Shown here: positions 44,820 to 57,220 of the stretch, one piece after another
How the letters are laid out: each line of letters starts with the position of its first letter
How positions within the stretch are numbered: the stretch's first letter is position 1
Source: Macrostomum hystrix
Taxonomy: Eukaryota > Animalia > Platyhelminthes
Reading direction: 5' to 3'
DNA: 64,000 bases
Assembly: GCA_950097015.1 (NCBI GenBank)
Contig: CATNEN010000039.1
Span: forward strand, 8,370,001-8,434,000
Program-made: the position numbers and the translations under genes
Notes under the pieces: generated by a model
What the model saw: the letters and a program-made list of their open reading frames with translations, nothing else
The model's database searches: none
What the model was told of the DNA's origin: nothing

Positions 44820-45700
44820 CGCCTCTTCTCTCTCGTATCTCATCTCTCCCATGCTTCATCTATTTCCTGTTTTATCTCTCCTCTGCCTCATCTCTCCCCG
44901 ATCTCATTTCTCCCGTCTCATCTCTCCCGTGTCTCATCTATCCCGTGTCTCCTCTCTCCCCTGTCTCATCTCTCCCGTGTCTCATCTCTCACCTGTCTTA
45001 TCTCTCACCATCCTCATCTCTCACCTGTCTCATCTCTTCCCTGTCTCATCTCTCCCGTGTCTCATCTATCCCCTGTCTCATCTATCCCCTGTCTCATCTA
45101 TCCCCTGTCTCATCTATCCCGTGTCTCATCTCACCTGTCTCATCTCTCCCATGCTTCATCTATTTCCTGTTTTATCTCTCCTCTGCCTCATCTCTCCCCG
45201 ATCTCATTTCTCCCGTCTCATCTCTCCCGTGTCTCATCTATCCCGTGTCTCCTCTCTCCCCTGTCTCATCTCTCCCGTGTCTCATCTCTCACCTGTCTTA
45301 TCTCTCACCATCCTCATCTCTCACCTGTCTCATCTCTTCCCTGTCTCATCTCTCCCGTGTCTCATCTATCCCCTGTCTCATCTATCCCCTGTCTCATCTA
45401 TCCCCTGTCTCATCTATCCCGTGTCTCATCTCACCTGTCTCATCTCTCCCATGCTTCATCTATTTCCTGTTTTATCTCTCCTCTGCCTCATCTCTCCCAT
45501 GTCTTATCTCTCCCGTCTCACATCTCTCCTGTGTCTCATCTCTCCCCTGCCTCATCTATCCCCTGTCTCTAGTCTCCCATGTTTTATCTCTTCCCTGCCT
45601 CATATATCCTAAGTCGCATCTTTCCTTTGTCTCACTTGTAACCTGTCTGATCTCTCTCCTGCATCATCCATACCCTGCCTCATCTCTAGAATGTCTCCTG
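44820..45700. repeat. CT-rich ~15-17-bp degenerate minisatellite with exact 300-bp higher-order duplication
   Basis: Sequence at 44881-45180 is repeated at 45181-45480. Confidence 0.93.
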
Positions 45701-47609
45701 TAATATTTTCGTTTTCCTTCAGGATCTCTAGAGATAAGAGATATTTTGCATGCCTCACAAAACGTACCCATTGTAAAATTAGTATTGAATAAACAGCTCA
45801 GAACAGATTGAGCTGCAGAATTCGAGTTCTTCTGAGTTGAGGAGTTGCAATGGCTGTGTCAGTTGTTCTTTTTGCGGATCGTGCCCAGGCTGTCCCAGGC
45901 TAACAGGAGACGCTCATGAAGCTTATTTTTCGGAGCGGCCAGAACTAGAAATAATTGAAGTGTCTCTCGCACGAAATCTCATTTGTTTCTTTCATTAGGA
46001 AAGAAGCAGGGCTGTGCCTCGGAGATTGGGAGGCCGTAGATAGCTGGGACTAGCCATGAGCCGGGAAGTCATGCAGATCACTTTGAGGCAGCTACCAGTC
46101 CCAAATCCTGGCTGGCACGACTGCGCCTGGAAAATGTTTGATCGGCAAAAGTACAAGATCGTGTAAAATTTCACCATGTGCTGCTGCAATGAGACTTGGC
46201 TAACAAGATTTTGGAGCATATTCGCCACCAGCTGCTGTCGAGTTGATTCCGATGTTTCAGTAACCAATTGATTAGCAATCTTGACACTATTGTGGGATGA
46301 GCTCATAGACAACAGCGCCAAAACTAGAAAGTACAAAGACCATGGGATATTTCAAATGTCCACATTTATCTTTTTTTGGAACCCAAAACATCGGCATCGT
46401 CGATATATACAACGATTCTCTTCGACACGATTCTCTTTTTGTTCTTGCCACAAAAGCCACCAATATAGGCATAATTCTGCTCACAAAATGTAACATTGTA
46501 ATCGTGTCGACTATTATTGTTTTTTGTTTATTTTTGATTGTTTATAGTATGGGTTCCCATAGAGGTTTATACAGAGCAGTGCTAGTTGTCACCAGGGTCC
46601 ACGCCAAGAATCGATGAATGAAGCCGACGTCGGATGGCTTTGAAAGTTCATCGCAAGAGGCCGAAAAATGCTTGACAACCTTTTGCAGTGCCGCTCAGTA
46701 ATCAAGGTGGTCTGCTTTTTAATCTAATTGATTATTTGACGTCAATTGTCTCGTAAACAGCATGTTACTCTACCGCAACTATAAAAGTAACAGAAGGGGA
46801 ACAAGAACAAGAGTCACAGATAAATAACTTTCTCAACTTTCGCATAAGCTTACCGATAGTAGTTTGTCGCGATGTGAAGCATTATTTTGTATGACAAAAA
46901 AATTTCAATGTGATTAAAAATATGCATACTTAGCATCATGTAAGAGGCAGTCAAGGCAGTGAAACTACTAACTGTTAATTTTAGACCACATAAACCTATC
47001 CTTTGTTTTAAAGGTTTCATGAAAGCCCATGATGATGTTAGCCCAAGCGTTTCAATATGTCTTTGTGAAGACTGCAGACCATAAGATGATAACTGATCCG
47101 CTTGAATACGTCTGATTGTAGCCGGGCCCAAACAAATTTTTCGACCAAATGACTGCGATTGCAACGGCCTTCGTAATAGCTGATCGATCTGATCAGTTTA
47201 AGGCATCTAAGACACCCTGACTGTAGATGGGAAAACAATTAGCACAAGTACTTTTTCTGCGAATTAACAATAAAACATCTGAACGAGTTCAAGCAAATCG
47301 ACTCGCAATTTTAGCGCCAAAATTATGTGCCATATTTATTTGCCTCCCAAACATCACAATGAACCAATGAACAGATGAAACAGATCGCAGCAAGACGTTT
47401 GTAACGGAAGCAAAGGAAGGAAAATTCATACATTTATTGAAAAAGCAGTTTAGTGTTGCATTGCCTGATCTGTGATGGAAGCAGAATTGTGCAAAATGTA
47501 GATTCTGAGGGATAGCAACTAATTAAAAAAAGTGTTTTAAGCTAAAAATTGCTCCAATTGTCGCCTTAAAATTAGCAGCATACCGAACTGGGCCTCACAA
47601 ATGAATGTC

Positions 47610-49135
47610 TCAGAGCACAGGTGCCCCGCGAAGCAGCATTTCTCGGCAAGGCGCCAAATGGTGCAACGCCTCAGTTGGCACCTCGGCCACCTGAACGCGG
47701 CCGCTCGGGCCCGCCGCAGCTATCGCCAGCACAGTCGCCGAGTTCGAGCTAGCTGGCCTTGTCGCTGAAACTGTCGGCTTCAGTGCGCGGACCGCTCCGA
47801 GGTGCCCGCCGCGTCCAACCCGCCCGATCTCGCGTCCCTGCTCGTCTACGGCAGCGAGACAGCCGCCATCAAGGACGAATGTCAGCCAGCGCAGCGGCAT
47901 CGCCTGCAGGTGTCCCAGAGACTTCGTTCGCACAGCGTCGGCCAGCTCGCCGAGCTGGTCCGGCTGCAGGCCGGCCAGAGCGGGCGAGGCGGCTAGCGCT
48001 TCAACTAGGCGACATCGGCGACGCTGTAAGGCGGGCAGGACGATGGCTCGGAAGTCTCTCCGATCCATTGTCCACAGCGAAGCTGGGGTGAGGGCTTTGA
48101 CGCAGACCAGACGAACTATCGGAGCCCTGCCACCGCTGCGGGGAGCTGGCAGCAGGCCGGTCTCGCCGAAGCTGCCAGCGTCTCGATAGCGATGCATCAG
48201 ACGAACGGAGCCGTCGGCTGCTGAAACCTCGCAGGCTGATTGAAAGCCGCCGCTGCGTATCACCAGGAGCTGATCACCGTCTTCTCCTCGGCTGAGCACA
48301 GTCTCATCTGAGAACAAATTGTTTAAATCATTTTTTAAAATTCCTTTTGCAATTTCGATTGCTTGTCACACAATAAGCTCATAGCTAGCGCCTTAAATAT
48401 GCTTATTTTTATAGATCCATTATTCATAAAATATCCTTTCAAACTGACAGAACTCAAGCTCATCATTATGACAAGAAAATATTTCCGTATTAACCAAAGC
48501 TCCATTTTCGTGAACTTTGGAATACTTTGAAATCAAAGTAAGTAAAAAATCTGCATGATCTGCTGGAATCGAAATAGGCGAGTTCAAGAATTTTTCAATG
48601 ACATAATTTTCTAAGAGAAATAAGTTCTCAAAGTCAGGTAGACTGTTCCACTTACTCAAATTACAAATTCCATTTACCTATAAGATGGATTTATTATTTC
48701 CGCACTTTTTAGAAATGTTCTGCTCAGGATAGCAGCTTAATAATTTGAGCAGTACTCACTGGGCTGGACGACTCTCGCTCGCATCGCATCGGCCACCTGG
48801 CTGATCTCTGCGTCGGTCAGCTCGCGCAGGCAGCTCACCGACCGCAGTGCAGCCAGCAGCTGGCGCCGCTGCTCCGGTGGCAGCTGCTGTGGGATTATCG
48901 AGAGAAACATTCTCATGCCTTTGTGACTTCCTAATTTGTTTGGAATTCGGTCATGCAAAGTGAGAATAAATGATAACTGAAATAGAACGCCAAGCCTCAC
49001 CGTCTCTCCTTCCCTGATGCCTCCGCGACCGAGGCCGAGAAACTCGGCGACAGAATCGCCCGCATCTGCGACACTGCGCCGCAAACTGCAGGCGAGCTGG
49101 GCCGCCTGATCCGTTGTGGGCAGCTGGAAGGTCAT
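47610..49135 (-). CDS. Protein with two degenerate cyclic-nucleotide-binding domains (PKA-R/PKG-like), 3 exons
   Basis: Exons 49135-49001, ~48886-48760, 48307-47610. Motifs LRELTDAEISQVADAM...VLSRGEDGDQLLVIRSG...GSFGETGLL...LWTMDRRDFRAIV, and a second domain starting LQPDQLGELADAV. Confidence 0.8.
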
Positions 49136-49339
49136 GATCCCTTGTCACCCGACACTGGTTCCTGCTTGGCTGATAGGCCTTGCCTCTTTTATTTCAATGT
49201 GCTCTCTTCTCAGACGAATGCGAATTGCGAAGCCATCCAATAAGAAAAAGAGTTACCGAAAAAAAAAATCGACTCTACCACTAGTTGCTATGCATGAGTA
49301 TGCCAGGAAATTTATGTTGTCTCTCTGAGTTGGAAAATC

Positions 49340-49830
49340 TTCAGACTGCTATAGTAAGACTCATCTTCAGACTACAATAGTTGGACTCATCTTCAGACTG
49401 CTATAGTTGGACTCATCTTCAGACTGCTACAGTTAGACTCATCTTCAGACTGCTATAGTTAGACTCATCTTCAAGCTGCTACAGTTGGACTCATCATCAG
49501 ACTGCTATAGTTGGACTCATCTTCAGACTGCTATAGTTGGACTCATCTTCAGACTGCTATAGTTGGACTCATCTTCAGACTGCTACAGTTGGACTCATCT
49601 TCAGACTGCTATAGTTGGACTCATCTTCAGACTGCTATAGTTGGACTCATCTTCAGACTGCTATAGTTGGACTCATCTTCAGACTGCTATAGTAAGACTC
49701 ATCTTCAGACTGCTACAGTTAGACTCATCTTCAGACTGCTACAGTTAGACTCATCTTCAGACTGCTATAGTTGGGGTCATCTTCAGACTGCTATAGTTGG
49801 ACTCATCTTCAGACTGCTATAGTTGGACTC
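49340..49830. repeat. 26-bp minisatellite
   Basis: About 18 copies of CTTCAGACTGCTATAGTTGGACTCAT. Confidence 0.96.
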
Positions 49831-51326
49831 GGTTTGGAACTACATGAAAGTCCTGATGATATTGTAAGTATAGTATCAACAACTTAATCCAAAACCAATG
49901 GATAATTCTGATCTTCAGTTAGTCAGTTGAGTTATAGTTATGATATAGAGTGTACATTGTTGGTACTTAAGCACTTAAGTGACATAATGGTGAGTTAAGT
50001 CCTAAATTCGAAATTACGAATCATATTTGCACTCTCTGATTTCGACAATATTCGACTTTGAGGGCAGCATTTCAACTTCTCATAATGATTCACTGCTGGT
50101 TGACAAGCCAGGTTTGATTTGAAGCAGATTCTGCCAGATCGCAAATTGATAGACGCTCTGGTACATCCTGTGACAGACGGTGCCTAGATGGTCCGAGACT
50201 GTCTGGTTCGGCTGATTTCGCATTTTTTTGCACTTGTCACTGCGCCACACGTAGCAATCAAGAGTCACACACCAGCTAGATACAATAGTCTAGTAGCAAA
50301 TCCAGAGACAGTGAAACAACAAGTCCGCCTGAACCTACGATAAAAAATTTAAGCTGAAGTCTGAAATTTCAGCAGAATGGTATTGGCAGTCATTATCGAG
50401 TTCAAAGTCGAGATGCTACTCATCGTGTCGCATGAATAATGAAACTCGAATCGTATTTCATTAATTATTCAAGCGACAACAGGATCCTTTCAAATTTCTA
50501 ATCAGGCTTGACTGAATGGAACTCAGACAATCATGCCATCTACATTGATGCTGCGAGCTCTATGATTAGCTCATGCAGCAAACATATCTCAAGACCTTAA
50601 GACTCGATAGCTCTAACTACACAAGCGCTCAGTGCGCGCACCTGTGACACCAAGCAGGTGGAACCCGCGTCTGAAAGGCCCGAGCGCTGGAATGCCTGAT
50701 AAAATTATTATCCGAGATTAGTAAAATTCGATGCTCAACATTTTAATCTGCGCGATGGATTGAAATGCTATGGCCGGGGCGTGGCAGCACAGCGACTCAC
50801 CTAGTCATTTGACTCGTACACCTGGACATTAATTTTGCTATTGCATTTTCAAAGCCGCAACACCTGCAGTGCTCCAATAGTTCAGCAGCAATTTAATTTA
50901 TGCGACCGAAAAACTAGCACCCTTTAAATACCCATCAGCAAGGTCAATGTGCTCAACTTTAAACTTAAGCTAGGTGTCTGGGTGGCCATGCAATAGACGG
51001 ATGTGCAATAGCTCCGCCATTGAATTGCTAAGCAGTGAAGTAGGTTTCAAGAAATTTGAATTTCTAAAAAGTTCAAGTTAAACGTTCCCCAAACCTTTTA
51101 TAAATTTCCCTTTTGAGTTCTACGCTCACAATTAGCTTTAGCTTGCCTTACTGCTCAAAAGGTTTCGTTTTCAGATAATTCGCTTTTTGGTTGAGAATTT
51201 TACAGAACCCTTCTTTTGCAACCACAACAGCCATGGACCTCTCTAGTAGTCGTAGAAGTGCTCACACAGATGTGTCTACACAGTCAGGTGTAGTTCTCTA
51301 AATAGTCTATTGGACAAAGGCTACTT

Positions 51327-51620
51327 TGAGGCAATTCTGCCCATTTCGCTGACTCCTGAGCACACACGCACTCAGATACTGTACGCAGGCATACGCTCAC
51401 ACAGGTGTGTACATCTGCCCTGACTTTCTCATCGTCAGGCAGTGTACATTTATTTCACTGTGCCTTGGAGGTTGGCCCTCAAGGGCGTAAATTGCACGAC
51501 AAGCCCTCAAGCCTTCTCTCCGCGGCTGCGCCCCAAATAAATGTGGCCTCGCCATGGAATCGAACTTAGGGACCGTGGTGCGAGAGGAAAACGCGATAGC
51601 CGCTCTGCCACCGACCCCCA
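51327..51620 (-). mobile_element. SINE family A copy (3'-truncated)
   Basis: Intact tRNA-like head GGGGTCGGTGGCAGAGCGG...GTTCGATTCC on the minus strand. Confidence 0.87.
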
Positions 51621-52504
51621 ACCCGCTGCCCACTTCACGATAGCTTCAAAACCGAATGACCGATTTTCGTGAAAGTCCACCACATGAATCAATATTCTTC
51701 GCCCTTTGCGATGAACTAACTTCCAAAGCCGTCCGGCTCAGCATCGTCGACATATTGAGTGATTCTTATCGGAGACCCTGGTGAAAGGACATTTATAAAT
51801 GTAAAAATGAATGTTTTGGGAGAGTCAGAAAAAAATAAAATTTAGCTTTTTTCTTTCGCGTGGTCTTTCTACTGTAAGTGTCTCTTCTTTGGCTTCTGCC
51901 CAGGTAGATGGTCTAGAGCCTGATGTGGGCACAATGCGTGGCAGACAGCACGCCACACTCTTGCAGAAGGTGTCGCAGAGCAGCAACACAGATTTCTGGC
52001 GGGACCAAATTGCTTCCTGGAGGTTCAAGGCAACAAGAACCTGAAAGCTCAGATGCCAGTGTAGGAGTATGCGGAGCTTATGCGGAGGGCAATGCGCCTG
52101 ACATCGCCACCGACGTGAGGGACGAGAGGCGGCAGGAGCGGCTGATTTGCTGATTGCACGCCGACCGCTGTCCGACACTGTGGGGGAGGGCTAGGAGGGC
52201 TTCCAGGCCTCCATGCGTACGCCTGCCGTTTCTGTGGCCTCACACCACCATCGCCCGGGGGTCACAAGTCTGGACACCACGGCCGTTTTCGTTTGCTGTT
52301 CTGCTTTGTCCGTCTTCTTAGGCGTCCTCTGACAGGCGGGCGACAGCCAGAGCGCGCCCGAAAGAGAATAAGTACTGTACAGGCCCGCCCGACTATCTCT
52401 ACCTGTCGAGTGGCACAATCAGTCAGAAGGCTCTGAAGAATTAAGAGTTAATTGATGGCGAATATCAACCGAGTAGTCCTAGTTATAATTATAAAAAAAT
52501 TTAT

Positions 52505-52781
52505 AACACCTGCCCGAATTGAGCAAAATGTGCAACCGACAGCACAGCCGTAGCTATTGCGCGGCGTATCTGAAGGCTGCGTACAGCTGTTCAGTCCATG
52601 GACTGGGGGGACGCCACACCCACCCTCAATTACCCCCAGCTAATGCTGGTACCCATTAGACAGCTGTGTGAACTGAAGCAATGCAGAGTTAAGGACACAA
52701 ATTGTTCCAGTGGTGTCGGGAATCGAACCCCCGACCTTGAAGTCGTGAGTCCGACGCCCTAACCTCTAGGCTACAACCCCC
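52505..52781 (-). mobile_element. SINE family B, near full-length copy
   Basis: Reverse complement of 8260-8460 plus a 3' extension. Confidence 0.82.
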
Positions 52782-54470
52782 TAGGATATGTTTCTTCTGT
52801 CCTAGGTAGGACCTAGCCAGAAGACAGGAAGAACAAAGTCGAGGTGCTGGTCGGACCGCTGATAAAGTTACTTCCACCTGGAGGGTTTGCGATACATTTC
52901 CACAATTTGCATGAAGATTGCTACGGATACTACTAGCATCAGCAGGTTGAGGGTATTCTGAAAACATTTTAGTTGAAATCTATTGAAGGCGTTCAGGGTT
53001 CACAGATTTCAGGGTCTAAGCGTAAGATAAAGTGCGGGGAGTGAATGCAGAGCTGTTCACTCTCCTGAACGTTCTCTCACAACGTCAACAATTAACGTAT
53101 AAGCGTCATTAAAACAAACATCTGGTTTTAGTTAATTTCCGGTTTATTGTGAAATTGTGAAGTAATGCTGACATTTCGTATTTTCGACGTAGTGAAAATT
53201 CGGCGTTGCAAAAATTCTGGTTGATGAAGTGAGTGGGGAGTCACTAGGAACAGAATATTACGCTCGTATAGTAGTGCTCTAAGTACCCTGACATCAGCAA
53301 GGCCTTCCCGAACAATTTTTATCCCGAATCTTCGTCGATCTATTGTTATATTAGCTGCCCCCGCAATGGAGTAATACGCTTGCGACAGCTATTCAATAAT
53401 TTCAAGTAATATATTAGTTTCGTTGTACGAGTACTCAATTAAATTTAGCGAGTTAAATAGTCAGCTAAGCGTGACTCGGAAATACATGCATCCGGTTATC
53501 CAGAAAAGCTTGTCGTTACTGTTATATTCCTTTTTAGTTCTTGTTGATTTATTTTTAAATTGATGTTTCCATTCAGCTCTGCCGATTGTATTGCTAAAGT
53601 ACACGGCTGGCAGCGGCAGTGAAAAAAGCTAAATCACGAAGCGTGGGAATGAATGCAGCAGCAGCAAAATGGCAAAAAAGCGTTTGCAGTCAAATTGTTG
53701 TTCTATTTCAAAACTGAGTATTCGATCTCTACTTTTCTCGGCACAAGGCAGTTAGGCCCATCTGATGAGCTTGTTTGTTTTGACTGTTTAGCGCTCTTGC
53801 TCCGAGAGAATTCTCATTAGATTCTAGACGCAGGTGCGTTCTGCCAAGTCGCATACTGTTTGGACGCAAGGTATGGGGTGCTCACAGTTTCGAGTAGGGA
53901 GAGCAGCCGCAGAGATGCCGAGATTTGGAGCAGACAGCAGGGGGGCTGAAGCTGCAGACAGCCTATTTGTACGCCTTACTAGCCTCATAGTCTAGCGAGG
54001 GCCGCTATTGTCGGCTTCAATTTAGCCAGCGCCGGTCGGGAAGCCGGCCTTAACTGTACGGAGCAGACAGAGACTGGGCCGGCGGAACAAAGCGGGTAAG
54101 GCTGGCAGAAGAAACAGAGACAAAAAGAAACGGTTGGCTTGCCTAGGGCATTAGAAGGCCGGCTGCTTCACACTGGGGTCCGCGCCTACTCAGCCACTCA
54201 CTCAAGCCAAATTGATTATTTTTCACTTCGGCAGGTAATTTTTTTTCCAGGAGTGACAGAGTGTTCGAACCGATAGGTAAGCAGTGAAGCGAGTTGAAAG
54301 GGAAGCAGTGAGTGCCAGATAGCGAGGGTCTTTCAACCGAGCAAAGGTACTCAAGTCGCGACGATCGATAACGCACAGCCATTTTTCGCCCCTTGCGGGC
54401 TTGACTAGAAAATTCAGTAGCAAAACGGATTACGCTTGAACGGACAGTCGAAGCGTCACTCGCGGGAAGC

Positions 54471-56191
54471 ATGGCATCTGCGTCGATTCCCAGCCGGAGA
54501 ACGCTTAACGTTCAGCTGGGACCGTCAGCAGCGGAAGAGACTGACATTGCCGACGATAATCTCGAAGAGCTGCTGCGACGAACCCGGCGAACGCCGCGAA
54601 AGCAGATGCCATCGCGAACTCGGTGGAGCCGCATGGCCGCGCCACCAGGACAGCCACCGGCAGTGCCGCCGCCTCCTCTGGAGCCGTCACCGCCGTTGGC
54701 GCAGCTTCCGACCAACTCTGCGATCTCGGCCAGCCTCTGCCAGCTGGTGGATTTTGGCGAGACGCGTGACCTTATCAGGCGCCAGCGAGAGTTGGCGAAG
54801 CAGGTTGCTGAGGTCGACAGCATTGTCAATCACCTAAGTCTGGACAGGGATGATGACCAGGTAAGAACTTCATCCCTGAATCCCTAGGAATAGATATTCT
54901 GCGATTTTGCTGTTGATTGATTGGTCCGTTGTCTTATCCAAGACAAACGACCGACTTCGACACTTCCTATTCAATCTGATAAGCTCACTTTTTACTTTAA
55001 CCTTAGTCTCGATTTTATATTTTTTCAACTTTAAACTCAGTTCCGTTGCAAATGTAGTTCTTTCGTTTTATACTCCTGTGCACACACCGTCATTTGGTGA
55101 TGGATGAGCCACAGCCAGCGAGGAGGCAATTCCGCCCGTTCCGCTGACTCCTCAGCACACACCCACACGGATCCCGTACGCAGGCACACACGTACATTGA
55201 GGTGAACATCTGTCCTGACTTCACATCGTCAGGCAGTGTACATTCACTCTGTGCAGGTTGGTCCTCAAGCGCGTATACGAGCGTATAGCACGGCAATCCC
55301 CCAAATCTCTACGCGGCGGCTGCACCCAAAATAAGTTCTCATTATGGTCTCATTTTGGAATCGTGCTCAGGGATCTTGGTGCGAGAGGCAAACGCGTTAG
55401 ACCGCTCCGCCTCTCCCCTCGTCGACACTTCGATGATGCATTTGAAGTAGCGACAAATGCAGTACGAGGACAGTGCCCTGTAGAATTTTTACTGAAAAAT
55501 CGAAATAGCAAAGAGATTACCAAAACACGCATAATCCCCAAGTGTTTCAGTTCACCAAAATGGATACCAACATCAGTTGGGTTAGAAATTTTGTTTGACT
55601 TAATTCACGGCCTTGGGAGCGTCGCAGCCACTGGCTGTACATTGTGCAAAACTAGGATATCATAAAAAACTATATTGGATTCTTATCAGTTTCGCTGCTT
55701 CTTTAGCGATAGTTGAACTGCGGAGACAAACTGCAAAAGCTTCAAATTTTCTATTCGTTTAGCGCCGACAGACATTCGGTTGGGCGACGTTTCAACAGCA
55801 GCCGAATTCGCAGTTCAAGCAGTACGTTTTCCAATCGCCTGGCCGAATACCGGTTCTGCCAACGGCTGGCAGCGACGAGCATCAGCAGCGACACCAGCAA
55901 AGTGGTCTGCAGCGGTCAAGGACCACCCTCGGCCTGATGACTGGCCGTACAGTGGCTCGGCACAGCCGGCCGGAGCCGCTGGGTGCGGCTGCTTTGCGAC
56001 GCTCCGAGTTTCAAGCTTCTCCGCTGACCCGGGAGGCGACCCGGGCGTCGCTGGCAACGACAGCAGGTCCAGGCGTGTTCCGCGGACAGCACGGCTACAG
56101 CTCGTCGGTGGCTGCCAGTCACCAGGAATTCCCGGACTCTCTGTACGGACAGTTCGCGCACAGAAAATCGAAAAGCTTTCGACTGGGTTGA
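54471..56191 (+). CDS. Uncharacterised disordered/coiled-coil protein, 2 exons
   Basis: Exon 54471-54860 (CAG|GTAAGA) joins in phase 0 to 55763-56191 (TTTAG|), which is open to the stop. Pro-rich stretch and a short heptad segment LIRRQRELAKQVAEVDSIV. Confidence 0.65.
55090..55415 (-). mobile_element. SINE family A, diverged copy
   Basis: Homologous to SINE A. Confidence 0.75.
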
Positions 56192-56569
56192 CTGACTTAT
56201 TTGAGCCCTAAAAACCAAAACGAGCTTCGGCTCCAACCCTAGCTCACATGCCCACTTTTGTCACAGTTTCTGTTGCCTCCGACTTTGCTTATCGCAGCTT
56301 CCACTTTTACATGGTGATACAAATAATTATATTTGACCCTAAAGGGTTATATCTTGTCCATTTTTTATTGCTATTAGCAGCGTCAACTAGTAATTGAAGC
56401 TTCAGATGGCGCGCCGCAGAACCTGCGAGCGAACAAAATCCGGCCCGTTGTCCATATCGGGCGCTCCCGCGTCGCATATGATACAGTCAACGTACCTACG
56501 GGCTTGTTCCCTTCATTTTTAACAGCAGGACGTCCTGGACAGGCTCGGGACAGTAGCTCTCGGCCCGGA

Positions 56570-56935
56570 TCACGTGACCTGCCAGTTTGAGTCAGGATGG
56601 TACACAGGCCTTGCTGCTAGGCCCTCCCGTACAGGGCCTCGGATCCGATGTCCTCGTCTTGACGTTACCACCCGACTCGAACGTTGCTGATAGCGTCCAT
56701 GAATCGGAGAATTTACAGGAGTACTGTAGAATAGGACGTTCTTGACTACCGAATCCAATAGCCGAGCCCTATTGTGGTCGGGCTGCGCTTTGGACTGAGG
56801 GGGCCTACCGACCGGTATAGGCCGCCCATGCGAGTCCTCTGCGCCGCCGGATGTCCTCCTCCACGTGGGGCACCGTGCCATGAGCACTTGGGACGCTAGA
56901 GAGACATTATGAAATGTAGGCCTAAACTCAACCAA
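56570..56935 (-). mobile_element. Possible decayed RTE-type LINE fragment
   Basis: ARLLDSVVKNVLFYS resembles the post-RT motif K.RIFNSNVKSVLLYG of RTE elements; otherwise degenerate. Confidence 0.35.
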
Positions 56936-57220
56936 ATCGACAAGTTGGTTCCAGCATCAATCCCATCAATTGGCAACTTGAAGCCGAATTGCAGGCAAGC
57001 GAAAAGTAGCAAATAAAATAATGCAACACCTTGTAAGAAATAGTTTAAATAATAGTTTTTTTTCTTAAAGATATCGCCAGTTTAACACCGGAAAATCGCA
57101 TGCAAGTCTGAACAAAAGCGCGGTACTTGAAATTAAAGTAATACAAAAAGTTGCAATACTAAAGCTACATTGCTTATGGATGGCACAACACAAATATTTT
57201 GTTTTGATATGCGCATCTGT

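Noticed and set aside
45840-46336. Possible small spliced minus-strand gene
   Set aside because: Splice-like signals exist, but I found no recognisable domain or convincing full model.
51825-52420. GC-rich patch with several short overlapping ORFs
   Set aside because: No consistent reading frame, splice model or homology recognised.
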